IMG/VR virus record: IMGVR_UViG_3300016476_000987
Direction: 5' to 3' (one strand)
Length of the DNA stretch: 64,000 nucleotides
Source of the DNA: a virus
Taxonomy: Duplodnaviria > Heunggongvirae > Uroviricota > Caudoviricetes
The notes under the pieces are model-generated. The model saw only the letters and a list, made by a program, of their open reading frames with translations, made no database searches and was not told where the DNA came from. This document shows, piece after piece, positions 48,126-56,904 of this stretch. A program made the position numbers and the translations under genes. Numbering within the stretch: the first letter of the stretch is position 1; each line of letters begins with the position of its first letter.

Positions 48126-48431
48126 ATGGTATACGTTGTTGTATTAGCAGGGGCTTTGGTTGCAGCAGTAGTGTTGTACGCCATTTTCGTTCCCAAAGAA
48201 GATTCCATCTTGGAACCAAAAGAAGAAACTCCAGGCGGATTTGTGCCTACTCAGCCTGATCCGGAACCTGCAAAAGACGAAGTAGCGGAAGTTCAGTCTT
48301 ATAATTTTGAGACTACTGCTGATTTAGCTGCTGAGACCGCAGTTGTTACTCCGGAGCCTACTCCTTTTCCTGAAGAAAAAGTAAAAGTAGTTAAGAAAAA
48401 AACAACTTCTAAAAAGACAAAGAGTGAATAA
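48126..48431 (+). CDS. Small N-terminally membrane-anchored protein
   Basis: MVYVVVLAGALVAAVVLYAIFV TM segment, then an acidic/Pro-rich region and a Lys-rich tail. Confidence 0.6.
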   Translation: MVYVVVLAGALVAAVVLYAIFVPKEDSILEPKEETPGGFVPTQPDPEPAKDEVAEVQSYNFETTADLAAETAVVTPEPTPFPEEKVKVVKKKTTSKKTKSE

Positions 48432-48657
48432 ATTAGTAGAAATTGCATCTGCTTGGATAGCTGCTGCAAATCCTACGGAAGAACAAAAACAAAAAGCAGA
48501 AGCAAGGATAGCAATTTGTAATACTTGTGAATATAGTAGATATGCAGCACTAACAGATATTCATTATTGCGGAGAGTGTGGATGTCCTTTAAAGAAAAAG
48601 ATATTCTCTCCCTTGCCCCCCGAAGAAGCATGTCCTAAAAAGTATTGGAAAGTATAA
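48424..48657 (+). CDS. Small Cys-rich metal-binding protein (DUF6171-like)
   Basis: RIAICNTC...CGECGCPL...CPKKYW. Confidence 0.65.
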   Translation: MNKLVEIASAWIAAANPTEEQKQKAEARIAICNTCEYSRYAALTDIHYCGECGCPLKKKIFSPLPPEEACPKKYWKV

Positions 48658-48668
48658 AAACAGTTATT

Positions 48669-48935
48669 ATGGAAAAGAAACTAACAGAAGAAGAACTTAC
48701 AGAACTTAGAGAACTTAATTCTAGTTACACTAAGCTCCTGTCTAGTCTAGGAGAAGTAGAACTAATTCTTTCTGATCTTGAAAGTCAAGTAGAAAGAGTT
48801 AAAGCCGAGAAACAAGGATTGTTTAGCGACTATAAAACTATCAGAGAAAAGAGCGATACTCTGTACGCTAAACTATCAGAACAGTACGGCTCCGGTAAAA
48901 TTGACATAGAAACAGGTATTATTCATTCTGACTAA
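48669..48935 (+). CDS. Small coiled-coil protein
   Basis: Heptad-rich; ends KYG-like QYGSGKIDIETG. ATG 48669 preferred. Confidence 0.6.
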   Translation: MEKKLTEEELTELRELNSSYTKLLSSLGEVELILSDLESQVERVKAEKQGLFSDYKTIREKSDTLYAKLSEQYGSGKIDIETGIIHSD

Positions 48936-48968
48936 GTCTTTTCTATGTTGTTTTGATAAAAAGTTTTG

Positions 48969-48977
48969 ATATTTATT
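48969..48977 (+). promoter_or_regulatory. Putative late promoter ATATTTATT for the sheath gene
   Basis: 38 nt before ATG 49016, nested in inverted repeats. Confidence 0.55.
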
Positions 48978-49015
48978 GTTGTATCAAGATTTATTATTTT
49001 CAAACAACATAAAAA

Positions 49016-51670
49016 ATGACAGAACAAATCTTATCTGCTGGTGTATATACCAGTGAAAATGATCAGTCGTTCTACAGTCAGGGCGGTGCTACTACCGGCT
49101 TAGCCGTTATAGGCCCTACTGAGAAAGGTGCTGCATTCATTCCAACTGACGTAACCAGTTATTCACAATTTACCGCTCTCTTTGGATCCGATTCCAAAGC
49201 CAGCTATACTGCTCAAACAGTATACAACTATCTCCAGGCAGGAAATAGTGTTAAAATCACTAGAGTATTAGGTAACGGAGGATGGCAGTACAACTCTACA
49301 AAACAGTTGGCTGCTATCCTCTCTCCTGCATCTGCCGGATCTGCCGGTACAGCTGCTTCTGCTTCTTATTCTACGTCCTCTTTTGTAACCAGTGCTAGTC
49401 TCTCTCTTACTCTAGCCGGATATTCCGGAAGGAAGGTTACTTTCTTAGGAGGTATAGGATATAGCGCTTACGGCGCATTTGAGAGCGAAACGATTAAATA
49501 CTTTGAAACAAGCGCTTCCTCCGCTGCTAACGTACAAAGCTTTGTAGAAGCTGTTTCTAGAGCCACTTCTTATACTTTAGTTACCGGATCTTACTCTGGC
49601 ACGGCTGCTACTTTTACTTTGACTGCTACTACTGTAGGCACTTCCGGTAATTCTTATCAGTTTGGTCCTACTTTTGCCGTATACGATTTTCCTTCTAGCG
49701 TAGGTACTGTAACTTTTGGTGGAGGATCTGCTGCAATAGCTGCTGGATCTGCTACTATAGCTGCTGTACTTTATCCTACGCAGAATGATAACGTAAATGT
49801 AGCTCTTAATGGAATCAAAGCTACCGGCTCTTTCCAAACATTTAATATTCCTCTTCCTGGTATTTACAGCAAAGCAGGATTTTCGGCTTCCATGAATCCG
49901 ACTTCTGATTTGTATATTACTAAAGTACTCGGAACTAGCCCCTCTAGTGAAAAAGGATCTGTGTTCCCTTATTTAATCTTTGGTAACAGCCTGACTGCTA
50001 GTGTAAACTTCAGTACTTCTATTACTACTTCTGTAGTGTATACTACGGCTACTTGTACTTTTACTAGCTCTAACTCTAGCGGATACGACCATGCTAGTAC
50101 TCCTTGGGTACTTTCTGATGGTGGTGTAAGAATTTTGAAGTTCCATCATCGTTCTGATGGCTTTAAATCTAACAGAGATGTTAAAGTAGCTATAGCTAAT
50201 ATTAAGAAAGGGTCCGATGCTACGTCTTATTCTACATTTGATGTTCAAGTTAGAGCTTGGAATGATTTAGACAGAGCTCCTTCTATTATAGAACAATATA
50301 CAGGCGTTACTTTGAATCCTGAGGCTCCTAATTATATCGCTAAAGTTATTGGTGATGTATATTTGACTTATGATGAGCTTCAAGGTAAAGTAATCCAAAA
50401 CGGTGATTTCCCTAACGTATCTAATTACATTAGAGTAGAAGTTTCTGCTCCGGTATCTACGGGTACTTTACAAGCCCAGGTAGTTCCTAACGGCTACGAA
50501 GCTGTTTATGAAACTATCGCAGGATTTAGTACTTACAGACTCCCGGCTGCTGTAGCTATCAATAGTAACAGCTCTTCTCTTACTTATTCTGGATTCGATT
50601 ATTCTAATGCAGATAACCTTAATTACCTGAATCCGATTCCTTTTGAAGCAGTGGTGGGTAATAATACTGCGTTTACTCTTCCGGCTAATGACAATAAGTT
50701 CGTACTTCCCTTCCAAGGTGGTAACGATGGTATGAACTATGTTAATATTAAGAAGGTAGGTGCTGACATTGCTACTGACGGTACTAACGTATTCGGATTT
50801 GATCTGTCTAGCGCTGGTGCTGCTGGATATGTATCCTACAAAAAGGCTCTGGATATACTTAGCAACAACGAAGAGTATAAGTTTGATCTTATGGTTCTTC
50901 CTGGTGTAATAGAGCAGTATCATGGTGCTGTAACATCTTATGCTCAAAGTACTGCTGAAGAGCGTACGGACTGCGTATATCTTCGTGACCTTGCCGGTGT
51001 TAATACTCCTATAGCCGCTGCTATTAACGTAGCTGCTGGGCTTGATAGTAGCTATAGCGCTGTTTACTATCCCTGGGTTAAAGTTAAGGATCTTGGAAGC
51101 TCTAAGGACATCTTAGTACCGCCTTCCGTAGTAGTTCCTGAGGCTTATGCTTATAGTGATAGTGTATCTGCTGAGTGGTTTGCTCCTGCTGGTCTTAACA
51201 GAGGTATTCTTGGTGTAATTGACACTAGAGTTAGACTGTCTAAGCCGGAGAGAGATGCTCTTTATCAAGCTAGGATTAACCCGATTGCTAAGTTCCCAAA
51301 TACTGGCGTAGTTATCTGGGGTCAAAAGACTCTGCAAGTTCGTGATACGGCTCTTAACCGGATCAATGTTCGCAGATTGCTGATCGCTCTTCGTGAGTAT
51401 ATTAGTGATGTTGCTAAGTTCTTCGTATTTGAAAACAATACGGTAGAGACTAGAAACAAGCTGGTAAACCAGATAGTTCCTTACATGGAGACAGTACAAG
51501 CTCGTCAGGGATTGTATGCCTTCAGAGTACAGATAGATGAGAATCTAAACACCAATGATGTAATAGATCGTAATCAGCTGGTAGGTAAAATCTACGTATC
51601 TCCGGCAAAATCGATTGAATTCATTCTGTTGGAATTTAATATCACGTCTACCGGGGCTATTTTTCAATAA
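49016..51670 (+). CDS. gp18: Contractile tail sheath protein (T4 gp18-like) with large insertion
   Basis: LSAGVYTSEND, WFAPAGLNRG, WGQKTLQ, RINVRRLL, SIEFILLEF. Confidence 0.95.
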   Translation: MTEQILSAGVYTSENDQSFYSQGGATTGLAVIGPTEKGAAFIPTDVTSYSQFTALFGSDSKASYTAQTVYNYLQAGNSVKITRVLGNGGWQYNSTKQLAAILSPASAGSAGTAASASYSTSSFVTSASLSLTLAGYSGRKVTFLGGIGYSAYGAFESETIKYFETSASSAANVQSFVEAVSRATSYTLVTGSYSGTAATFTLTATTVGTSGNSYQFGPTFAVYDFPSSVGTVTFGGGSAAIAAGSATIAAVLYPTQNDNVNVALNGIKATGSFQTFNIPLPGIYSKAGFSASMNPTSDLYITKVLGTSPSSEKGSVFPYLIFGNSLTASVNFSTSITTSVVYTTATCTFTSSNSSGYDHASTPWVLSDGGVRILKFHHRSDGFKSNRDVKVAIANIKKGSDATSYSTFDVQVRAWNDLDRAPSIIEQYTGVTLNPEAPNYIAKVIGDVYLTYDELQGKVIQNGDFPNVSNYIRVEVSAPVSTGTLQAQVVPNGYEAVYETIAGFSTYRLPAAVAINSNSSSLTYSGFDYSNADNLNYLNPIPFEAVVGNNTAFTLPANDNKFVLPFQGGNDGMNYVNIKKVGADIATDGTNVFGFDLSSAGAAGYVSYKKALDILSNNEEYKFDLMVLPGVIEQYHGAVTSYAQSTAEERTDCVYLRDLAGVNTPIAAAINVAAGLDSSYSAVYYPWVKVKDLGSSKDILVPPSVVVPEAYAYSDSVSAEWFAPAGLNRGILGVIDTRVRLSKPERDALYQARINPIAKFPNTGVVIWGQKTLQVRDTALNRINVRRLLIALREYISDVAKFFVFENNTVETRNKLVNQIVPYMETVQARQGLYAFRVQIDENLNTNDVIDRNQLVGKIYVSPAKSIEFILLEFNITSTGAIFQ

Positions 51671-51674
51671 CTCA

Positions 51675-51683
51675 ATATTTATT
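51675..51683 (+). promoter_or_regulatory. Putative late promoter ATATTTATT
   Basis: 21 nt before tube ATG 51705. Confidence 0.55.
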
Positions 51684-51704
51684 AATAGATAAAAAGAATA
51701 TAAG

Positions 51705-52193
51705 ATGCCCATACTTTCTACAGACCAAATGCTAGGCCAGGCCTTTGAACCGATCCTTCAGCATAGGTTTATAATGTCAATAGACGGAATTCCTTCCTAC
51801 CTCATCAAAAAGATCAGCGGTATCGGATTTGATGACGGAGAAGTAATTATCGATCACATAAACTCCTACATTAAATTTAGGCAAAAGCGTAGGTGGAATG
51901 ATATAACTCTCAGCCTATACAATCCGGTTAGTCCTAGTGGTGCTCAAGCTGTAATGGAATGGGCCCGTCTAGGTTACGAGACCGTTACCGGTAGAGCCGG
52001 ATATGGTGACTTTTACTGGAAAGACATTACTTTCAATGCTATTGATGGCGTAGGTAACACAGTTAATGAGTGGGTAATTAAAAAAGCCTTCATTAAAAAT
52101 GTATCTAACTTCGGAGATTGGGATTGGTCTGCTAGTGAATACACTACTATCGAAATGACTTTAGGAAATTCTGGAATGATCCTGAACTACTAA
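51705..52193 (+). CDS. gp19: Tail tube protein (T4 gp19-like)
   Basis: FEPILQHRFIM, WNDITLSLYNPV, VMEWAR, YWKDITF, DWDWS; follows sheath. Confidence 0.92.
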   Translation: MPILSTDQMLGQAFEPILQHRFIMSIDGIPSYLIKKISGIGFDDGEVIIDHINSYIKFRQKRRWNDITLSLYNPVSPSGAQAVMEWARLGYETVTGRAGYGDFYWKDITFNAIDGVGNTVNEWVIKKAFIKNVSNFGDWDWSASEYTTIEMTLGNSGMILNY

Positions 52194-52217
52194 TAACTTC
52201 CTACTCTGTCAAACAAA

Positions 52218-52246
52218 GTCCCTGCTCTCAAGGCAGGGATTTTTTT
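52218..52246 (+). terminator. Rho-independent terminator after tail tube
   Basis: GTCCCTGC-TCTCAAG-GCAGGGAT then TTTTTT. Confidence 0.85.
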
Positions 52247-52250
52247 ATTC

Positions 52251-52259
52251 ATATTTATA
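52251..52259 (+). promoter_or_regulatory. Putative late promoter ATATTTATA
   Basis: After the terminator, 5 nt before ATG 52265. Confidence 0.6.
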
Positions 52260-52264
52260 TAAAA

Positions 52265-52879
52265 ATGAGTAGTTATAATATAAAATATGATGATAAGTCT
52301 TTGATCTTCATAGATCACGTAAAAAAAGAATGTAAAAAGCATAAAGTTACATGTAGCCTCAGAAATGCTAAAAATGTTAGAGTAGATGTTGGAATGTTAG
52401 CATCCGGATACTTCGATGAAACTACTCCTATTTTAGTATGTTCTATGAATAGAATAGATGCTATTGAGATATTAGTTCATGAGTACTGTCATTTAACTCA
52501 ATGGGTAGAACAGATTCCCATATGGAAAGAATGCGAAAAAAGCATTCCTAAGTTCTTTGGATGGTTACAAGGGGACAGAATAAAGAATGTTAAAAAGCAT
52601 ATGGAGAATTGTAGAGAATTGGAACTAGATAATGAGAAGAGATCTGTAAATATGATAAAACAATTTGAGCTTAATATAGATATTAACCAGTATATTAAGA
52701 AGGCAAATGCTTATGTCTATTTCTACACTTATATGTTGACGACTAGGAGATGGGCTAAAAAGAAAAATAGTCCATACAGTAATGTTTCATTAATAGAATC
52801 CATGCCAAATTATTTTGTAGAAGACTATAGTATTATTCCTAAAAATATAGAAAGAGTGTTTATTGATCAAAAAATCTAA
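52265..52879 (+). CDS. Zincin-like (HExxH) metallopeptidase domain protein
   Basis: ILVHEYCHLTQW plus downstream ELELDNEKR. Confidence 0.6.
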   Translation: MSSYNIKYDDKSLIFIDHVKKECKKHKVTCSLRNAKNVRVDVGMLASGYFDETTPILVCSMNRIDAIEILVHEYCHLTQWVEQIPIWKECEKSIPKFFGWLQGDRIKNVKKHMENCRELELDNEKRSVNMIKQFELNIDINQYIKKANAYVYFYTYMLTTRRWAKKKNSPYSNVSLIESMPNYFVEDYSIIPKNIERVFIDQKI

Positions 52880-52887
52880 TATTTATA
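52879..52887 (+). promoter_or_regulatory. Putative late promoter ATATTTATA
   Basis: 18 nt before ATG 52906. Confidence 0.6.
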
Positions 52888-52905
52888 TCATATAATACGA
52901 TAATT

Positions 52906-55900
52906 ATGTCACAAGTTAAAAAATTAGATAACCTAATTAATAAAGTTATTGAAGAAGAGCTGACTGCTTATAATAAAATAAAAGAACAAAGTCAAGAAGA
53001 GTTTATTACTTCTGACGGAACTTCAAAGACCCTCACTACCCAACAAAAAGACAGAATTAGAAAAGCTAAACCTGGCACTTCCATTTCTTATAGAAAAGCG
53101 GGGTCTACTCCATCTACTACAATGGAAGAAGGAGAAATAGAACAAGAAGATCCTGAGGAAGCTCCTGCACCTTCCGCAGCTGATATTGCCGGTAAAATGT
53201 CTGAAATTTTAGACAAATTGAATAATATGTCTGAAATGAAGGATGATCCAAAATATGAAAAGCATGCTGCTAAAGCTGCTAAGTATATGGAAGCTGCTAA
53301 ATCTGCCTTAGAAGGTCTTACTAATTATGAGACCATGCTAGAAGAAAAAGATAAGCAAAAACAAGAAAAAGAAGCAACTGGCTTATTAAATCTTATTAGA
53401 AGGGCCTTAAATAAACTCATAAAAGACAAAACAACAGTAGAAAAGATAATGAATAAAATGCCAGTAGCTAAGGCTTTAGAATTACTAACCGCTACTGGAA
53501 AAAATGTCGATGAACAAAAAGTTGCAAAAGCCATGCTGAATGTGGCTCTTAAAGAGTCTTTTTTAAATCAATCCACTACATATACAAATATAAATGAGGA
53601 AGATGGCACCTCAAGTAGAAGGCAAAAATCTCTCGATAAATATAGAGAACTAGCAGATAAGTATATGAAAGATGACTCCATTTCAAAAGCAGATAAAAAT
53701 GCTTTTAAAGATATGTCTTTTATTGATAAACAAAAGGTTATTTTTAGATACGGAAATACACTAAAACCAAGTACTAAAACTGATACTAAAGACGATTCCG
53801 AAAAAAAAGAAGAGCCTAAAGTAGACGCTGATATTGACACCACTGGTAGCAAGGCTAAAATTGAAAAAGCAGTTTCTGCTGTCGCAGGTTCTTCTGCTAA
53901 AATTCCTGTAACAATAAAAGATCTTAACAAATTTAAACCAGAAATATCAAAATATGCTGATGAAATAGTAGTAGACTTAACTAGTAAAGGCAAAGAAATT
54001 TTTTATACTTTAGGAATAGATAATTCAAAATTTATTTTTAATAAAAAGAAAGGAGCCTTTACATCAGCTACAGGAGAAAAAGGAACTAAACGTAAAAACA
54101 AAATATCAGACGTACTATCTAAAGAAGAGATTGGCACTATAATAAAAGCATTATCCTCAAAAGTAAATAATACTCCCGTTAGCGCTGAGATTAAAAACAA
54201 GGCAAAAGAGGCTATTTCTAAATTAAAGATGTATATATACGGCACGTATTTTTCATTATCTGAGGTGCCGGAACAGGAATTTGATCAATTTTTAAAATCA
54301 ATTGATATAGTATCTAGTGTATCTGATAAAAAAGGTCTAGAGAGATTATCTACGCCAGAGTATGTTAAATTACTCGGAAAGATAAGTAAAGAAGACGAAG
54401 AGAAATACTTAACGGGAAAAGAAAAAAATATTCCTATATATGAAGAAGAATTATCTCGATATCAAATAGATCTTGCCGATTATAAATACAGGATGTCTAT
54501 TTACGAAAAAAAGATGGATTCTTATAATGAAAAGATAAAAGCTCACCCAGAGTGGAAAAGTACTTTAAAAAAACCTTTACCTCCTAGTAATCCAGCTACT
54601 CCAAAAATTTTGACGAACCCGAAGTATTCTGGTTTAATAAAAAATCTAGAAAAAAATGCAGAAAACTATGTTAAAGAAAAACAACCAGAGATTTTAAAAT
54701 ACGAAAAAGAGCTTGATCAGTATGTGAAAGATTATAATGAATATGAGAAAAGATTAGAAAAAGCAACGAAAGCCCATAAACAAAAAAGGGCGATTTTTAT
54801 GAAAAATCTAGCTGCTTATAATACAGAAATAGAAAAAATAAAAAAACTAGCTGGAGGTAATAAAGAAGTAGAAAAAGAAGAAATTAAAAAAAGAAATTTA
54901 AAAGAACCTTCGACTCCTTTTCTTGATCAAAGCTCTTTGAATAAACCAAAATTCCCGGAGGAACCAAAAATTAAAGACTATTCTAGTTTAATTAGTAATT
55001 TCAATAGAATTAATCCTTTTACAAAAGAAAAAGTAAAATTAATTGCTAGTAGAAAAGAAAAAGACAAAGAGGGACTTATTAAAGGCAGAGACACGGGATT
55101 AGAAGAATTTTCTAGCTCTGACAAAGATCTATTTGTAGAGTATTTAAAAGATCTAGGTAAAAAAATGTATGAAGAATCTAGAAAATTTTATACAGAATTT
55201 ACAAATAAGATAGATCCATTAATAAACATTGCTAGTTTATTTATTAAATACAAAAATTCAAAATCTACTTCAGACGAATTTAAAAAAACAGCTTCTAGAT
55301 TATTAGACAGTACTGTAGTAGATATAAAAAAGATCCTAGCAGATATGCAAGACGAGGGATATAATATAAATTCGTATTTAAATAAATTAAAAAGAACAAC
55401 AGATGATGCTAAAACTGCTTCTTCAAAACTAGATGCTCCAGAAGAAGAAAAAGTAAAAGGATCCTATTCCTATAAAAAACTAGAATTCGAAAAGGAGATG
55501 TCTAAATATCAAAAAGATCTTGATAAATACAAAAAGGATAAGGCTGCATATGAAGACTATTTTGAACAAATCAAAAAAGATCCGGATCTTAAAAATACGC
55601 TAGAACAACCGCCCCTTCCAGAAAAGCCAACTCCTCCGAAAGCTCCGGAAAATCCAAGGTATGTATCATTAATGAAAGATTTAGAAAATAACTATTTTAC
55701 AAAAGATGAATTGGACGCTCCTAAAGAGAAAAAGAAGTATATAGCTATCGAAAAGATATTAAAAATGGGGGAAAAACTGTTTATCACAGATAAGGATAAA
55801 GAAGATAATCCCTACATCGAAAGAGATAGGACAGAGAAAATGAAGTTTATCACTAATAAACTAAATCAGTTAAACTACAAAAAAGTAGCAGGTTTAGAGT

Positions 55901-56034
55901 TAAAAGGAGATAAAGAAAGGAATCTTTCCAGGGAAGAAAAAATACTTCTGTTATACAAAAGAAAATTTGGAGAAAACGCACCTTTAACAGAGCAATTTAA
56001 TATGTTTATAGATTCTCTGCTTTTAGCTGCCTAA
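52906..56034 (+). CDS. Large Lys/Glu-rich probable internal head or ejection protein (1042 aa)
   Basis: Leader KLDNLINKVIEEE; several L/I-x-E sites; three Tyr-heptad plus Pro-rich units. Confidence 0.45.
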   Translation: MSQVKKLDNLINKVIEEELTAYNKIKEQSQEEFITSDGTSKTLTTQQKDRIRKAKPGTSISYRKAGSTPSTTMEEGEIEQEDPEEAPAPSAADIAGKMSEILDKLNNMSEMKDDPKYEKHAAKAAKYMEAAKSALEGLTNYETMLEEKDKQKQEKEATGLLNLIRRALNKLIKDKTTVEKIMNKMPVAKALELLTATGKNVDEQKVAKAMLNVALKESFLNQSTTYTNINEEDGTSSRRQKSLDKYRELADKYMKDDSISKADKNAFKDMSFIDKQKVIFRYGNTLKPSTKTDTKDDSEKKEEPKVDADIDTTGSKAKIEKAVSAVAGSSAKIPVTIKDLNKFKPEISKYADEIVVDLTSKGKEIFYTLGIDNSKFIFNKKKGAFTSATGEKGTKRKNKISDVLSKEEIGTIIKALSSKVNNTPVSAEIKNKAKEAISKLKMYIYGTYFSLSEVPEQEFDQFLKSIDIVSSVSDKKGLERLSTPEYVKLLGKISKEDEEKYLTGKEKNIPIYEEELSRYQIDLADYKYRMSIYEKKMDSYNEKIKAHPEWKSTLKKPLPPSNPATPKILTNPKYSGLIKNLEKNAENYVKEKQPEILKYEKELDQYVKDYNEYEKRLEKATKAHKQKRAIFMKNLAAYNTEIEKIKKLAGGNKEVEKEEIKKRNLKEPSTPFLDQSSLNKPKFPEEPKIKDYSSLISNFNRINPFTKEKVKLIASRKEKDKEGLIKGRDTGLEEFSSSDKDLFVEYLKDLGKKMYEESRKFYTEFTNKIDPLINIASLFIKYKNSKSTSDEFKKTASRLLDSTVVDIKKILADMQDEGYNINSYLNKLKRTTDDAKTASSKLDAPEEEKVKGSYSYKKLEFEKEMSKYQKDLDKYKKDKAAYEDYFEQIKKDPDLKNTLEQPPLPEKPTPPKAPENPRYVSLMKDLENNYFTKDELDAPKEKKKYIAIEKILKMGEKLFITDKDKEDNPYIERDRTEKMKFITNKLNQLNYKKVAGLELKGDKERNLSREEKILLLYKRKFGENAPLTEQFNMFIDSLLLAA

Positions 56035-56054
56035 ATCACTTTTTAGAAAGTACA

Positions 56055-56086
56055 GCCCTCTACCTTAAAAAAGTAGAGGGTTTTTT
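56055..56086 (+). terminator. Rho-independent terminator
   Basis: CCCTCTAC-CTTAAAAAA-GTAGAGGG then TTTTTT. Confidence 0.8.
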
Positions 56087-56107
56087 ATTTTAAAATGTAG
56101 AATCTAT

Positions 56108-56116
56108 ATATTTATA
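56108..56116 (+). promoter_or_regulatory. Putative late promoter ATATTTATA
   Basis: 17 nt before ATG 56134. Confidence 0.6.
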
Positions 56117-56133
56117 TATACAAAACATTGTTT

Positions 56134-56904
56134 ATGGCAGAGACTCAACCGTTTAAAGTTCCAACTCAACCGTTAGATTTACCAACACAAGGTCTATTAT
56201 ATCCGGAAGGACACCCTCTTGCGTCTGGGATTATCGAACTTAATATGCCTACGGCATATCACGAAGACATCCTAACTAATCAGAACTACATTAGTAAGGG
56301 AATGGTTATTGATAAGTTCTTACAGGCTATTATAGCCACTAAAGTAGATTATGATGATCTATTTTTAGGAGACAAAAACGCTATTCTAGTAGCTTCCAGG
56401 ATCCTAGCGTACGGTTCTACTTATTCTTTTAAGTATACAGACGTAACTAGCCGAGAGCAAGAGGAGGTTACTGTAGATCTATCTGATCTTAAAAATAAAG
56501 AAGTAGATTGGTCTCTATTTAAAGATCGTAAAAATGAATTTGATTTTACCTTACCTCTAACTAAACGTTTAATTACCTTCAAACTCCTTACTCATAAAGA
56601 TGAGACTATGGTTGACGGAGAAATTAAAGGTCTGAAAAAGATTAATAAAGATATGTCTGGGGACATTACAGTAAGGTTAGCTCATCAAATTATTGCTGTA
56701 GATGGTAATACTGATAGAAAAACAATCAGAGATTTTATAAAGGCTATGCCTATGAGAGACTCCCAAGAACTCAGAAGGTATATGGTTTCTATTAGTCCGG
56801 ATATTGATATGAAGTTTAGCTTTACTAGATCTAATGGAGAGGTAGTGGAGGGCCTCACTATCCCAATGACTGTTGACTTTTTTTGGCCTAACCTCGGCGT
56901 ATAG
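56134..56904 (+). CDS. Baseplate hub assembly / tail chaperone protein (T4 gp26-like)
   Basis: LDLPTQGLLYP, EDILTNQN, GDKNAILVASRILAYG, ITFKLLT.KDE, ends FFWP; upstream of tape measure. Confidence 0.8.
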   Translation: MAETQPFKVPTQPLDLPTQGLLYPEGHPLASGIIELNMPTAYHEDILTNQNYISKGMVIDKFLQAIIATKVDYDDLFLGDKNAILVASRILAYGSTYSFKYTDVTSREQEEVTVDLSDLKNKEVDWSLFKDRKNEFDFTLPLTKRLITFKLLTHKDETMVDGEIKGLKKINKDMSGDITVRLAHQIIAVDGNTDRKTIRDFIKAMPMRDSQELRRYMVSISPDIDMKFSFTRSNGEVVEGLTIPMTVDFFWPNLGV

